A DNA stretch of 53,460 nt from Halosimplex sp. (GTDB taxonomy: Archaea; Halobacteriota; Halobacteria; Halobacteriales; Haloarculaceae): assembly GCA_042217395.1 (NCBI GenBank), contig JBDGSU010000019.1, positions 1-53,460 of the forward strand. The letters run 5' to 3'. A program made the translations under genes and the position numbers. The first letter of the stretch is position 1; each line of letters starts with the position of its first letter. The notes under the pieces were generated by a model. It was given only the letters and a program-made list of their open reading frames with translations. It was not told the origin of the DNA and ran no database searches. Of the stretch, positions 40,334 through 48,738 are shown piece after piece.

Positions 40334-40915
40334 TTACTCGTCGTCTTCTTCGACGACTTCCGGGTCTTTCATCGCCGTCTGGAGGCTGTCGAGACCGTTG
40401 ACCCACTGGACGACGAGTCCCGGTTCGATCTCCTCGGCCATCGCGGGGTCGAACTCCGCACCGTCGATGACGAGCGTCCCCGCCTGGACGCAATAGGAGA
40501 GCGCGGCGTCCAGATCCTCTTCGGCTTCGGCGTCCGAGGCGGCGCCGACGTACTCGCCGATGCCGGCCTCCTCGGCGGTGCCGCCGACGATGTACTCCTC
40601 GGCCGAGTAGAAGACACAGACCAGCGAGGTCTGGACGCTGTCGACGAGCATCAGCGCCTCCTCGTCGTCGATGTCGGGTTCGGCGAGGACGACCTCGCGC
40701 ATGTCCTCGATCTCGGCGAGCGCCGCGTCCTCCTCGAGGACGCCGTCCTCGAAGTCCGAGACGACCTTGACCACCGCGATGGCGGTGTCGTCCTGCATGT
40801 TCCAGAGCAACTGCGCCGTGTCGTCGTCCTCCGGATCCAGGTCCTCCTCGTCGATCCTGTCCAGCCAGTTCTGCCAGCGTTCAGGCGTGTAGTACTCCCC
40901 CGGCTGTGTGCTCAT
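40334..40915 (-). CDS. DUF2150-like conserved archaeal protein
   Basis: YYTPERWQNWLDRI...QDDTAIAV...VQTSL...WVNGLDSL; family recalled, not searched. Confidence 0.8.
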   Translation of the reverse strand: MSTQPGEYYTPERWQNWLDRIDEEDLDPEDDDTAQLLWNMQDDTAIAVVKVVSDFEDGVLEEDAALAEIEDMREVVLAEPDIDDEEALMLVDSVQTSLVCVFYSAEEYIVGGTAEEAGIGEYVGAASDAEAEEDLDAALSYCVQAGTLVIDGAEFDPAMAEEIEPGLVVQWVNGLDSLQTAMKDPEVVEEDDE

Positions 40916-40952
40916 ACAACGTCGTTCGTCGCTCCGGTGATATGGCTTTCGA

Positions 40953-41031
40953 CCCACCTTTTTCCCGCTCGGGTGTCCTCGCTCGCTACGCTCGCTGCGG
41001 GCACCCTCGCGGCAAAAAGATGGGGCAAAAA
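40953..41031 (+). repeat. Structured repeat motif copy 3, followed by further hairpins to about 41160
   Basis: CCCACC-T5...GGGTGTCC-TC...TGC-GGGCACCC...A5-GATGGG-GC-A5, then the hairpin CCGAACTCGCGC-AGA-GCGCGAGTTCGG. Confidence 0.75.
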
Positions 41032-41224
41032 GGCCGAACTCGCGCAGAGCGCGAGTTCGGTGTCTGCGGGAGTGAGCACCGCGAACGACCGCAGGCTCGG
41101 AAGTCGCAGTCCGCACAGCGAGCGAAGCGAGCGAGCAGAACCGTCTTCCGGCGAACCGGCGCCGGAGGCGCCGGATGCTGCGGTGGGCCTGCCCTCCCCC
41201 GGGTCGGCCGATGAAACGGCCTCC

Positions 41225-41342
41225 CGGCCACCGCACGACCACCCGCCGCCGCTCTGCTCACGGCCACCGCACGACCACCCGCCGCCGCTCTGCTCACGGC
41301 CACCGCACGACCACCCACCGCTGCTCTGCTCACGGCCACCGC
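41225..41342. repeat. 36-bp tandem repeat (about 3.3 units)
   Basis: CGGCCACCGCACGACCACCCGCCGCCGCTCTGCTCA at 41225, 41261 and 41297 (2 substitutions), with a partial unit at 41333. Confidence 0.95.
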
Positions 41343-41402
41343 GCAACTCCGCCACCGCACAGCTACCCCCTCGACGCTACAAACGAGACGAACCGGATCC
41401 GC

Positions 41403-41621
41403 TCAGTGCGGCTCTTCGTCGTCCGGGTCCGCGTAGAAGCGGAGCAATCCGCACTCGGGACACGTGAGCGTCAGCACGTCCTCGGTCTCGCCCATCCCGA
41501 GCTTTCCGAGCAGTCCCTCGCGCTTCTCGCCCGTCTCGACGTAGGGGTTCCACGCGTCGCCCGTGACGAACTCGACCGACTTCATCGACACGCCGCAGTC
41601 GGGGAAGCGACGGTCGTCCGT
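41403..41621 (-). pseudogene. Small CPxCG zinc-finger gene, probably decaying
   Basis: C-terminal CPECG is intact, but the N-terminal knuckle reads FPDCG and the likely start reads ACG (41621). Confidence 0.55.
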
Positions 41622-41660
41622 ACTCGGCCGGTACAATTAGCGAGGGAACACGTTTCCGTA

Positions 41661-42509
41661 TCACTCCAGCGTCGACTCGGTATCGATACCGTAGACCGCC
41701 GCGGGCGTGTCGACGTGCGCGCGCTCGACGGCGTCTTCGTGACCCTCCTCGATCAGCCACCGCACTCGTCGCGGGACGGTCCTGACGCCCAGCACCGCGC
41801 CCGGTCGGTCGGGGTCGTCGATGTAGTCGGTCTCCATCATGAACGGTTCGTCCGCCTCGATCGCGAGTTCGAGGTCCTCCTTGTTCGAGATGACGCTCTT
41901 GGTGATCCCCTCCAGTCGCCCGCCGGCGTAGTGTTTGACGACGCGCTCGGACGGGAGTCCCCGGTCCTCTGCCCACTCGGCGACCTCGCGGAAGTCCTCG
42001 CCGCCCTCGGCGTGGAGCTGGATCGCACAGCCCGTCTCGGCGGCCAGGTCGAACCCGTGTTTCATCACGTCGTTCGAGGCCGTCCAGACGGCGTCGCTCA
42101 CGTCGTAGTGCGGGCGGCCGGACTTCAGCGCCAGCGCCGGGCCGTCGGCGACGTACTCCGCAGCCACGTCCAGACCGGTCTGCATCAGGTCTCCGGCGTC
42201 CTCGGGGTCCGTCCCGTCGTCGACGAGCTGGGACATCAGGGCGGGGTGGACGCCCAGCACCGGCCACGCCCGGCCGGGCAGTTGCGCGCTCGCTCGCTCG
42301 ACGACGTCGACGGTGAGTTCGAACACCTCGCGGAAGTCCGCGCGGCCGCTCGGGAGCCCGTCGAGCAGGTGCCAGGAGGGCTTGTTGACGACGAGCAGAT
42401 GCGTGCCGCCGTTGTCGGCGAACTCGACGGCGGCCTCGACCCCGCGGCCGTGGACGGGGTCCAAGTGCATGTGGTCGTCGAGCACCGGCGTGTCGAGATC
42501 GGGGTCCAT
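41661..42509 (-). CDS. TatD-related metallohydrolase
   Basis: DDHMHLD, LGVHP, GRPHY, IQLHAE, VKHY and METDY. Confidence 0.92.
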   Translation of the reverse strand: MDPDLDTPVLDDHMHLDPVHGRGVEAAVEFADNGGTHLLVVNKPSWHLLDGLPSGRADFREVFELTVDVVERASAQLPGRAWPVLGVHPALMSQLVDDGTDPEDAGDLMQTGLDVAAEYVADGPALALKSGRPHYDVSDAVWTASNDVMKHGFDLAAETGCAIQLHAEGGEDFREVAEWAEDRGLPSERVVKHYAGGRLEGITKSVISNKEDLELAIEADEPFMMETDYIDDPDRPGAVLGVRTVPRRVRWLIEEGHEDAVERAHVDTPAAVYGIDTESTLE

Positions 42510-42580
42510 ACCTCCGCGTGGGGCGTCGCGGCGCAAAAACCGATCGCTGTGGGACCGCGCTAGCGTTCGACGGCCGAGCG

Positions 42581-43456
42581 CTACGACGAGGGGCCGGGCA
42601 CGCCACAGAGGTTGCCGGTCACGTAGACCTCGTTGTTCTCCGTCGTCTCGATGCCGATACCGATCCGGGTCGCGTTGGCGTACGAGAGGCGGTCGCGGAA
42701 CGGGCGCGCGCGGACCCAGTTCTCGAAGACCGCCCGCGCCACCTCGCGTTCGTTCCCGTTGTACCGGGTGCCGTTCGGCGTCTCGTAGGCTGTCCCGGCG
42801 TAGGTCTTGCCCAGGACCTCAAGCCGGTTGCGCGTCGGCGTGACGATGTACTGCGACCCGTTCCTCTTGAACTTGCAGGTGTGGAACAGGCCGTACTCGC
42901 GGTACCGGCCGGCGCTGGAACGGTTGTCGATCCGGTGGACCGTCTCGCCCAGGTCCGCCATGTCGACGCTGTGGGCCGTCGCCATCCGGTCGAGTCGCCG
43001 CACGACTCGCCCCTCGGGCTGAGTGAACCGGTCGAGCCCGCGGTCGACCCGCCAGTCGTTGATCAACCGCCGGAGGTGGCGCTCGATCGCCTCGGTGTCG
43101 AACCGCCGGATCAGCATCGGCGTCCGCGTCGGCGTCGGAGTGGGGTCAGGAACGACCGTCGCCGTCGGCGACGCTGTCGGCGTCGGCGTATCCGTGGAAG
43201 CCGACGTCGGCGTCAGCGTCCCCGTGCCCGCGGCCGTCGGCCCGACCGTTCCGGTCCGGACCGCGGTCGCGGTCCCGCCGACCGTCGTGGCCGCGGTCGG
43301 CGCCGGCGCGGGAGACGGCGTCGGCGCGGGCGTCGCGGCGTCGCCGGGGTCCCCCGACTGCCCGCTCATTCCGCCGACGGCGAACCCGAGGACGGCGCCG
43401 ACGAGGAAGACGCCCAGCACGGACGCGACGAGGACGCGCCCGTCGATGCGGAGCAT
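42581..43456 (-). CDS. Membrane-anchored CAP/SCP-domain protein with Thr/Pro-rich stalk
   Basis: N-terminal TM, TPTP linker, INDWRVDRGL...MATAHSVDMA...RIGIG...VYVTGNLC. Confidence 0.85.
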   Translation of the reverse strand: MLRIDGRVLVASVLGVFLVGAVLGFAVGGMSGQSGDPGDAATPAPTPSPAPAPTAATTVGGTATAVRTGTVGPTAAGTGTLTPTSASTDTPTPTASPTATVVPDPTPTPTRTPMLIRRFDTEAIERHLRRLINDWRVDRGLDRFTQPEGRVVRRLDRMATAHSVDMADLGETVHRIDNRSSAGRYREYGLFHTCKFKRNGSQYIVTPTRNRLEVLGKTYAGTAYETPNGTRYNGNEREVARAVFENWVRARPFRDRLSYANATRIGIGIETTENNEVYVTGNLCGVPGPSS

Positions 43457-43568
43457 GTCCGAGCATTCCCATCGCCCGAGTTAAACGCTCGCTCCCGATT
43501 ATCAGCGATTGAACGAGCGACTCGGACGCGGGGCCGGACGGGGCCGAGCGGAGCCGCGACGGCTCCGC

Positions 43569-43664
43569 TCACACCACGCCGGCGAGGACGAACCCGACGA
43601 GCAGCCCCAGCGAGAGCGCCGCGACCAGCCCCGCGAGGAGTTTGCGACCGTCGACTCTGCGCAT
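43569..43664 (-). CDS. 31-aa single-TM microprotein (not in ORF track)
   Basis: MRRVDGRKLLAGLVAALSLGLLVGFVLAGVV*; own TATA-like box GCGTTTAACTC ends 22 nt upstream of the ATG. Confidence 0.7.
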   Translation of the reverse strand: MRRVDGRKLLAGLVAALSLGLLVGFVLAGVV

Positions 43665-43720
43665 ACCCGAGGATGCGAGCGCGGGGAGTTAAACGCCCCG
43701 ACAGTCGCGGCGCCGGGGAG

Positions 43721-44314
43721 CTACTCGAGGGTGACGTCCTCGTGGGCGGTGTTTCGCAGCGCGTCGGAGCGACCGTACTCGCCGGGCGCGACGGCGACGG
43801 TCGCGAGCCCCCGCTCGGCGGCGGCCTCGAGCACCGGCTTGAAGTCGGTGTCCCGGGAGGCGACGACCAGCACGTCGATGGCCTCCTCGACCGTCGCGGC
43901 CGTCGCGTCGACGCCGAGTTTCACGTCCACGTCGCCGCTCGTCGAGACCACCTCGAACCCCCGCGCCTCGGCGGCCTGGATGAGCCCCGCCGGCGCGTTC
44001 TCGTCGAGGTACAAGCGGGCGAACGAGAGGTAGCCGTAGCGCTCGGCCGCCGCCCGTACGTCGTCCAGATCGACGTCGAACTCCTCGCGCAGCACGTTCG
44101 GCCCGTCGACGAACAGCCCCGCCTTCGGCTGGTCGTGTCCGCGAGCGTCCGCGCGGTTCCCGCCGACGCGTGGCGCGTCCGCGTCGGAATCGGCCCCGGT
44201 GGAGCGGTCGGCTGGCGCCTCGCTCTCGCCGCTGCGGTCGCCGTCGGCCCTCCCCGCCCCGGGCCCGGAGCACCCACCGGGTCCGTCGCCGAACAACCGC
44301 TCCAGCAGACGCAT
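43721..44314 (-). CDS. NYN-domain (LabA/DUF88, TIGR00288-like) protein
   Basis: LFVDGPNV, GDVDVKLGVDA and ASRDTDFKP. Confidence 0.92.
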   Translation of the reverse strand: MRLLERLFGDGPGGCSGPGAGRADGDRSGESEAPADRSTGADSDADAPRVGGNRADARGHDQPKAGLFVDGPNVLREEFDVDLDDVRAAAERYGYLSFARLYLDENAPAGLIQAAEARGFEVVSTSGDVDVKLGVDATAATVEEAIDVLVVASRDTDFKPVLEAAAERGLATVAVAPGEYGRSDALRNTAHEDVTLE

Positions 44315-44433
44315 ACCCCGCGATTTGCCGCCACAGCGTATAGGCGTGACGTTCCGAGTCTCGCGGTGGTCGGGTCACGACAGGTGCGAGGCGAACACAT
44401 AGGTGTGCGAGGCCCGAACGGGGAGACGGACAG

Positions 44434-45231
44434 ATGCCCGCTCCGATCGACGACCCGGTGCTCGAGGTCGAACACCTCTCCGCCGCGTACCGCAACGAAG
44501 GCGTCCTCGACCGGCTCGACCTCCGCGTCGAGTGCGGCGACCGGCTCGGGATCGTCGGCGAGAGCGCGAGCGGGAAGACGACGCTCGCGACCGCGCTGGT
44601 CGACGGCGTCCCATCTCCCGGGCGGGTCTCGGGGACCGTCACCCACCACCCCGAATCCGGCGACCCGATAGCGGTGTTCGATCTGGGCGAGGGTGACCGC
44701 GACCGGTTCCGTCGCGAATCGATCACGGCGGTCAGCGGCGACGTCGGACGACTCGACCCGACGGCGACCGTCGACGAGTTGTTCGAACCCCGGCTCCGCG
44801 CTGTCGGCGCCGACGAGGAGCGCGCCGCCGACCTGCTCGCTGCGGTCGGGCTCGACCACGAGCGCGTCCGCTACGCGCGCCCCGGCGAGTTGAACGCCGG
44901 CGGCCGACAGATCGCACGGGCCGTCCGGGGGCTGCTGACCGACCCGGCGGTGCTGGTACTCGACGGGCTTCCGCTCGCAATCGACCACCTCGGGAGCGCG
45001 AACCGGATCGACGCGCTCGCAGCGGCGGCGACCGGCGTTCGCGACCGGACCGCCGACACCACCGTCGTCGCGCTCGGGAGCGACCTCCCCTCGATCGCGG
45101 CCGTCTCCGATCGGCTCGCGGTGCTCTACGACGGCCGCGTCGTCGAACAGGGGCCGACCGAGCGCGTCGTCGAGGACCCCCATCACCCGCACACGCGCAC
45201 GCTCGTCGACTACTACGGGAACGCGCTGTAG
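44434..45231 (+). CDS. Orphan, degenerate OppD/DppD-like ABC ATP-binding protein
   Basis: Walker A GESASGKT and the PHHPHT tail are retained; signature (LNAGG), Walker B (VLVLDG) and H-loop (LGSD) are degenerate. Confidence 0.8.
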   Translation: MPAPIDDPVLEVEHLSAAYRNEGVLDRLDLRVECGDRLGIVGESASGKTTLATALVDGVPSPGRVSGTVTHHPESGDPIAVFDLGEGDRDRFRRESITAVSGDVGRLDPTATVDELFEPRLRAVGADEERAADLLAAVGLDHERVRYARPGELNAGGRQIARAVRGLLTDPAVLVLDGLPLAIDHLGSANRIDALAAAATGVRDRTADTTVVALGSDLPSIAAVSDRLAVLYDGRVVEQGPTERVVEDPHHPHTRTLVDYYGNAL

Positions 45232-45271
45232 TACTACGGGAACGCGCTGTAGTACTACGGGAACGCGCTGT
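45211..45271 (+). repeat. 21-bp tandem triplication of the gene's last 7 codons
   Basis: TACTACGGGAACGCGCTGTAG at 45211 and 45232, with a partial copy at 45253. Confidence 0.95.
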
Positions 45272-45434
45272 CGCCTGCGGGAACCCGGACTGTCCGTCTC
45301 GGTCCGCGACGGGCGACCGGCCGGAGCGATGGCTGCGCGTCACGGACCGCACGAACGGTCGCGTGGCGCCCGAACGGCCGCCTGACCGCGATCGCCGGCG
45401 AATATTTTACCCGTGGGCCGCCGTTACGGGGGGT

Positions 45435-47237
45435 ATGGCTCAGGCGGGCATCGACGTCGCGTTGCTCGCGGACGTCCTCTCGGTGTTCATCATCGCCGCG
45501 GCGGTCGGTATCTTCGTCGCCAAGGTGGGCAAATTCCCCTACACCATCGCGCTCCTGATCGCGGGGTTCGCGGCGTCGGTCGCCGGCGTGGCGGTCCGGA
45601 TCCACCTCTCGCACGACCTCATTCTCCTCGTCCTCCTGCCGCCGCTGCTGTTCGAGGGGGCGGCGACGACGAACCTCGAACGGTTGCGGCGCAACCTCAC
45701 GCCGATCCTCACGCTGGCGGTCGTCGGCCTGGTCGGCTCCGTCGTCGCGCTCGGATTCGTCGGCCAGTACGCCTTCGGGTTCGACCTGCTGGTCTCGCTG
45801 CTGTTCGCGGCGATGATCCTCCCGACCGACCCCGTCTCCGTGCTCGCGCTGTTCGAGGAACTGGGCGCGCCCGAACGGCTCTCCGTGCTCGTCGAGGGGG
45901 AGAGTCTCGTCAACGACGGCGTCGGCGTCGTGTTGTTCAGCGCGCTCCTGGCGCGGGTCAGTGCCGAGAGCGCCGGCCACGCCGCCGGCCCCGGTCTGTT
46001 CTCGCTGGCCGGCGCGGCCGAACTCGCGGTCGACATCGCCGTCACCGCCGGCGGCGGCGCGGTCGTCGGCGCCGTCGGCGGCTACCTCGTCTACCGCGTG
46101 ATGATCAACCTGGACGAGCACATGACCGAGATCGTCCTGACGATCATCCTCGCGTACGGCGTGTTCCTCGTCTCCGAGCACTACGTCGCGCGCCTGATCG
46201 GGTTCCACTTCAGCGGCGTCATCGCGACGGTCGTCGCCGGGCTGCTCATCGGCAACCGCGGCGCCGAGTTCGCGATGAGTCCCCGCACCAAGCTCTCGGT
46301 GTTCAACACCTGGGAGACCGGCGCGTTCATCGTCAACACGTTCATCTTCGTCATGATCGGCGTCACGACGCCGATCGGCGACCTCCTCTCGAACTGGCGG
46401 CTCATCGCCGTCGCCATCGTCCTCGTGCTCGCCGCGCGGGCGGTCGTGGTCTACCCGCTCACCTGGCTGGTCAACCGCTTCGACCGGCCGCCGGTGCCGC
46501 TCGCCTACCAGCACGTCATGGTCTGGGGCGGGCTCCACGCCTCGATCCCCATCGCGCTCGTGCTCGGGCTCGGGCCCGGGTCCGGCCTGTCGCCGGCGCT
46601 GCGGACGACGCTGCGCGCGATGGTCTTCGGCGTCGCCGGCTTCTCGCTGGTGGTGCAGGGGCTCACGATGTCGGACCTGCTCGACCGGCTCGGCATCGTC
46701 ACCCGCTCGGAGTCCGAGGAGCTCTACGAGCTGCTCGTCGGGCGGGCGCGGGCGGTCGACGCGGCCCTGGAGTCGGCCGAACGGCTCCGCGCGGGCGGCC
46801 AGCTCCCCGTCGAGGTGTACGAGGACTTCACCGCGGAGTACGAACGCGAGAAGTCACAGCTCAACGACGCGATCGCCGAGCTCCTCCGGGAGAACCCCGA
46901 ACTCCGGCACGAGCAGTTGCTCGCCGGCGAGCGCCAGGTGCTACAGCGCGAGAAGGCGGCGGTCCGGGACGCGATTCGAAACGGCATCATCAGCGACGAC
47001 GTCGGCGAACGGCTCGTCGACGAGACCGACCTCAAGCTCGACTACGTCCGCGACGGACGCAGCACCGTCGAGGAGCGCGAAGAGGGGTTCGAGGAGTTCT
47101 GGCGCAGTCGGGCCCGCGACTTCGGGCTCGACGCCGTCGACCCCGGGCGGACCGACCCCGAGACCGACGGCGAGGCGGACGGCCCGACCGACTCCGACCT
47201 CGACCGGGGAGAGGCGGGCGCGGACCCGGAGTCGTAA
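45435..47237 (+). CDS. CPA1 (NhaP-type) Na+/H+ antiporter
   Basis: LLPPLLFEGA, PTDPVSV, EGESLVNDG, SGVIATV and VVQGLT. Confidence 0.95.
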   Translation: MAQAGIDVALLADVLSVFIIAAAVGIFVAKVGKFPYTIALLIAGFAASVAGVAVRIHLSHDLILLVLLPPLLFEGAATTNLERLRRNLTPILTLAVVGLVGSVVALGFVGQYAFGFDLLVSLLFAAMILPTDPVSVLALFEELGAPERLSVLVEGESLVNDGVGVVLFSALLARVSAESAGHAAGPGLFSLAGAAELAVDIAVTAGGGAVVGAVGGYLVYRVMINLDEHMTEIVLTIILAYGVFLVSEHYVARLIGFHFSGVIATVVAGLLIGNRGAEFAMSPRTKLSVFNTWETGAFIVNTFIFVMIGVTTPIGDLLSNWRLIAVAIVLVLAARAVVVYPLTWLVNRFDRPPVPLAYQHVMVWGGLHASIPIALVLGLGPGSGLSPALRTTLRAMVFGVAGFSLVVQGLTMSDLLDRLGIVTRSESEELYELLVGRARAVDAALESAERLRAGGQLPVEVYEDFTAEYEREKSQLNDAIAELLRENPELRHEQLLAGERQVLQREKAAVRDAIRNGIISDDVGERLVDETDLKLDYVRDGRSTVEEREEGFEEFWRSRARDFGLDAVDPGRTDPETDGEADGPTDSDLDRGEAGADPES

Positions 47238-47271
47238 CCCAGTTAACCTCGACCGTCGCATGTGCGAGCAG

Positions 47272-48714
47272 ATGCGCAGAACCGTCCTCCCGATCGCGGT
47301 CGCCGCGCTCCTACTGGTGGTACCCGTCGCCGCCGGGACCGCGACGACCCGCGACGCGACGGCCGCGTCCGGCGGCGGAGTCGCCGCGGCGACCGACGCG
47401 CTCCAGAGCGGTCCGAACCCCTGTGTCGGCACGATCGACCGAACGCCCGACAGGACGACGCTGTTCTCGATCCAGGGCGCCCGCGGCAGCGAGAAGACTT
47501 CGGCGATGGTCGTCGGCGTCCGCCCGAACGGCTCCATCGTCGGCGTCCACAACGACACCGCCGCCGGTCGCTGGTGGAGCTACGATATCGACGTGCTCCC
47601 CAACGGGAACGTCCTCGAGTCGACCACCTACAACCGCCACACCCTCATCGAGGAGATCGACTCCGAGACGGGAGAGCACGTCTCCGAACGCGAGTTCCGG
47701 AACGTCTACGACACCCACGACGTCGACCTGATCAACGGCGACGAACTGGTCATGACCGACATGAGCCAGGACGGCGAGGACCGCCTGCTCGTCTACAACC
47801 TCACCCGCGAGGAGGTCGCCTGGGAGTACTACTTCGCCAACTACACCGACCGCTACCCCCACGACGGCGGCGGCGAGTTCGGCGGCGACTGGACCCACAA
47901 CAACGACGTCGAGCAGATCCGCGACGGGGTATTCATGGTCTCGGTCCGCAACTTCGACAAGGTGGTCGCCATCGACCGCTCCTCGAAGGAGGTCCTGTGG
48001 ACGCTCGGCGAGGACGACAACACGTCGATCCTCCACGAGCAGCACAACCCCGACTACCTCCAGAGCGAGGACGGGTCCGCGACGGTCCTCGTCGCCGACA
48101 GCCTCAACGACCGCGTCGTCGAGTACGAGCGCGAGGGGGACTCGTGGAACCGGACCTGGGTGCTCCGCGGGGGCGGCCTCGACGAACCCCGCGACGCCGA
48201 CCGCCTACCCAACGGCGACACGCTGGTCGTCGACCGCCGGGGCGACCGCATCGTCGAGGTGACGCCCGAGGGCGAGGTCGTCTGGGAGGTCTACGCCCCC
48301 TACCAGCCCTACGACGTCGAGCGACTGGGCACCGGCGACGAGTCGAACGGCCCGACGATGGCCGACGCCGGCGAGGGCGGCGTCGCCGAGATGACCGGCA
48401 GCGCGAGCTTCTCCGGCGCCGAGGTCGCGGCCTGCTACGACTACCTCACCGGCTTCCCGAGTTCGCAACTGATCCCCGACGACGAACTGGACGCCGTCAC
48501 CGACACCGAGGGCACCGCGTCGGAGAGGGACGCGACCGACCCATCGGCCGACGACGGGGCCGGGAGCGATTCGACCACCGAATCCAGCGGCGGCGACAGC
48601 GTGCTCGGCACGCCGACCGCCGGGTCGGGTCCGTCACCCCTCGGGACCGTACTCGCCGGGACCGCCGGCGCAGCGCTCCTCGCCGGCGCGCTCGTCCGCC
48701 TGCGCCGGCGGTAA
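47272..48714 (+). CDS. Secreted beta-propeller protein (arylsulfotransferase-like) with C-terminal membrane anchor
   Basis: Signal peptide; HDVD, DWTHNNDV, EQHNPD and PRDADRLPNG; TM plus RLRRR tail. Start is 47272 or 47260. Confidence 0.8.
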   Translation: MRRTVLPIAVAALLLVVPVAAGTATTRDATAASGGGVAAATDALQSGPNPCVGTIDRTPDRTTLFSIQGARGSEKTSAMVVGVRPNGSIVGVHNDTAAGRWWSYDIDVLPNGNVLESTTYNRHTLIEEIDSETGEHVSEREFRNVYDTHDVDLINGDELVMTDMSQDGEDRLLVYNLTREEVAWEYYFANYTDRYPHDGGGEFGGDWTHNNDVEQIRDGVFMVSVRNFDKVVAIDRSSKEVLWTLGEDDNTSILHEQHNPDYLQSEDGSATVLVADSLNDRVVEYEREGDSWNRTWVLRGGGLDEPRDADRLPNGDTLVVDRRGDRIVEVTPEGEVVWEVYAPYQPYDVERLGTGDESNGPTMADAGEGGVAEMTGSASFSGAEVAACYDYLTGFPSSQLIPDDELDAVTDTEGTASERDATDPSADDGAGSDSTTESSGGDSVLGTPTAGSGPSPLGTVLAGTAGAALLAGALVRLRRR

Positions 48715-48738
48715 CCGCCACCGCGGCCGTCCCTTCGG

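Noticed and set aside
41225-41342. 36-bp periodic array as CRISPR or TIGR-like guide array
   Set aside because: Units are near-identical with no variable spacers, I see no box C/D-like motifs, and no cas or Nop-domain gene is nearby.
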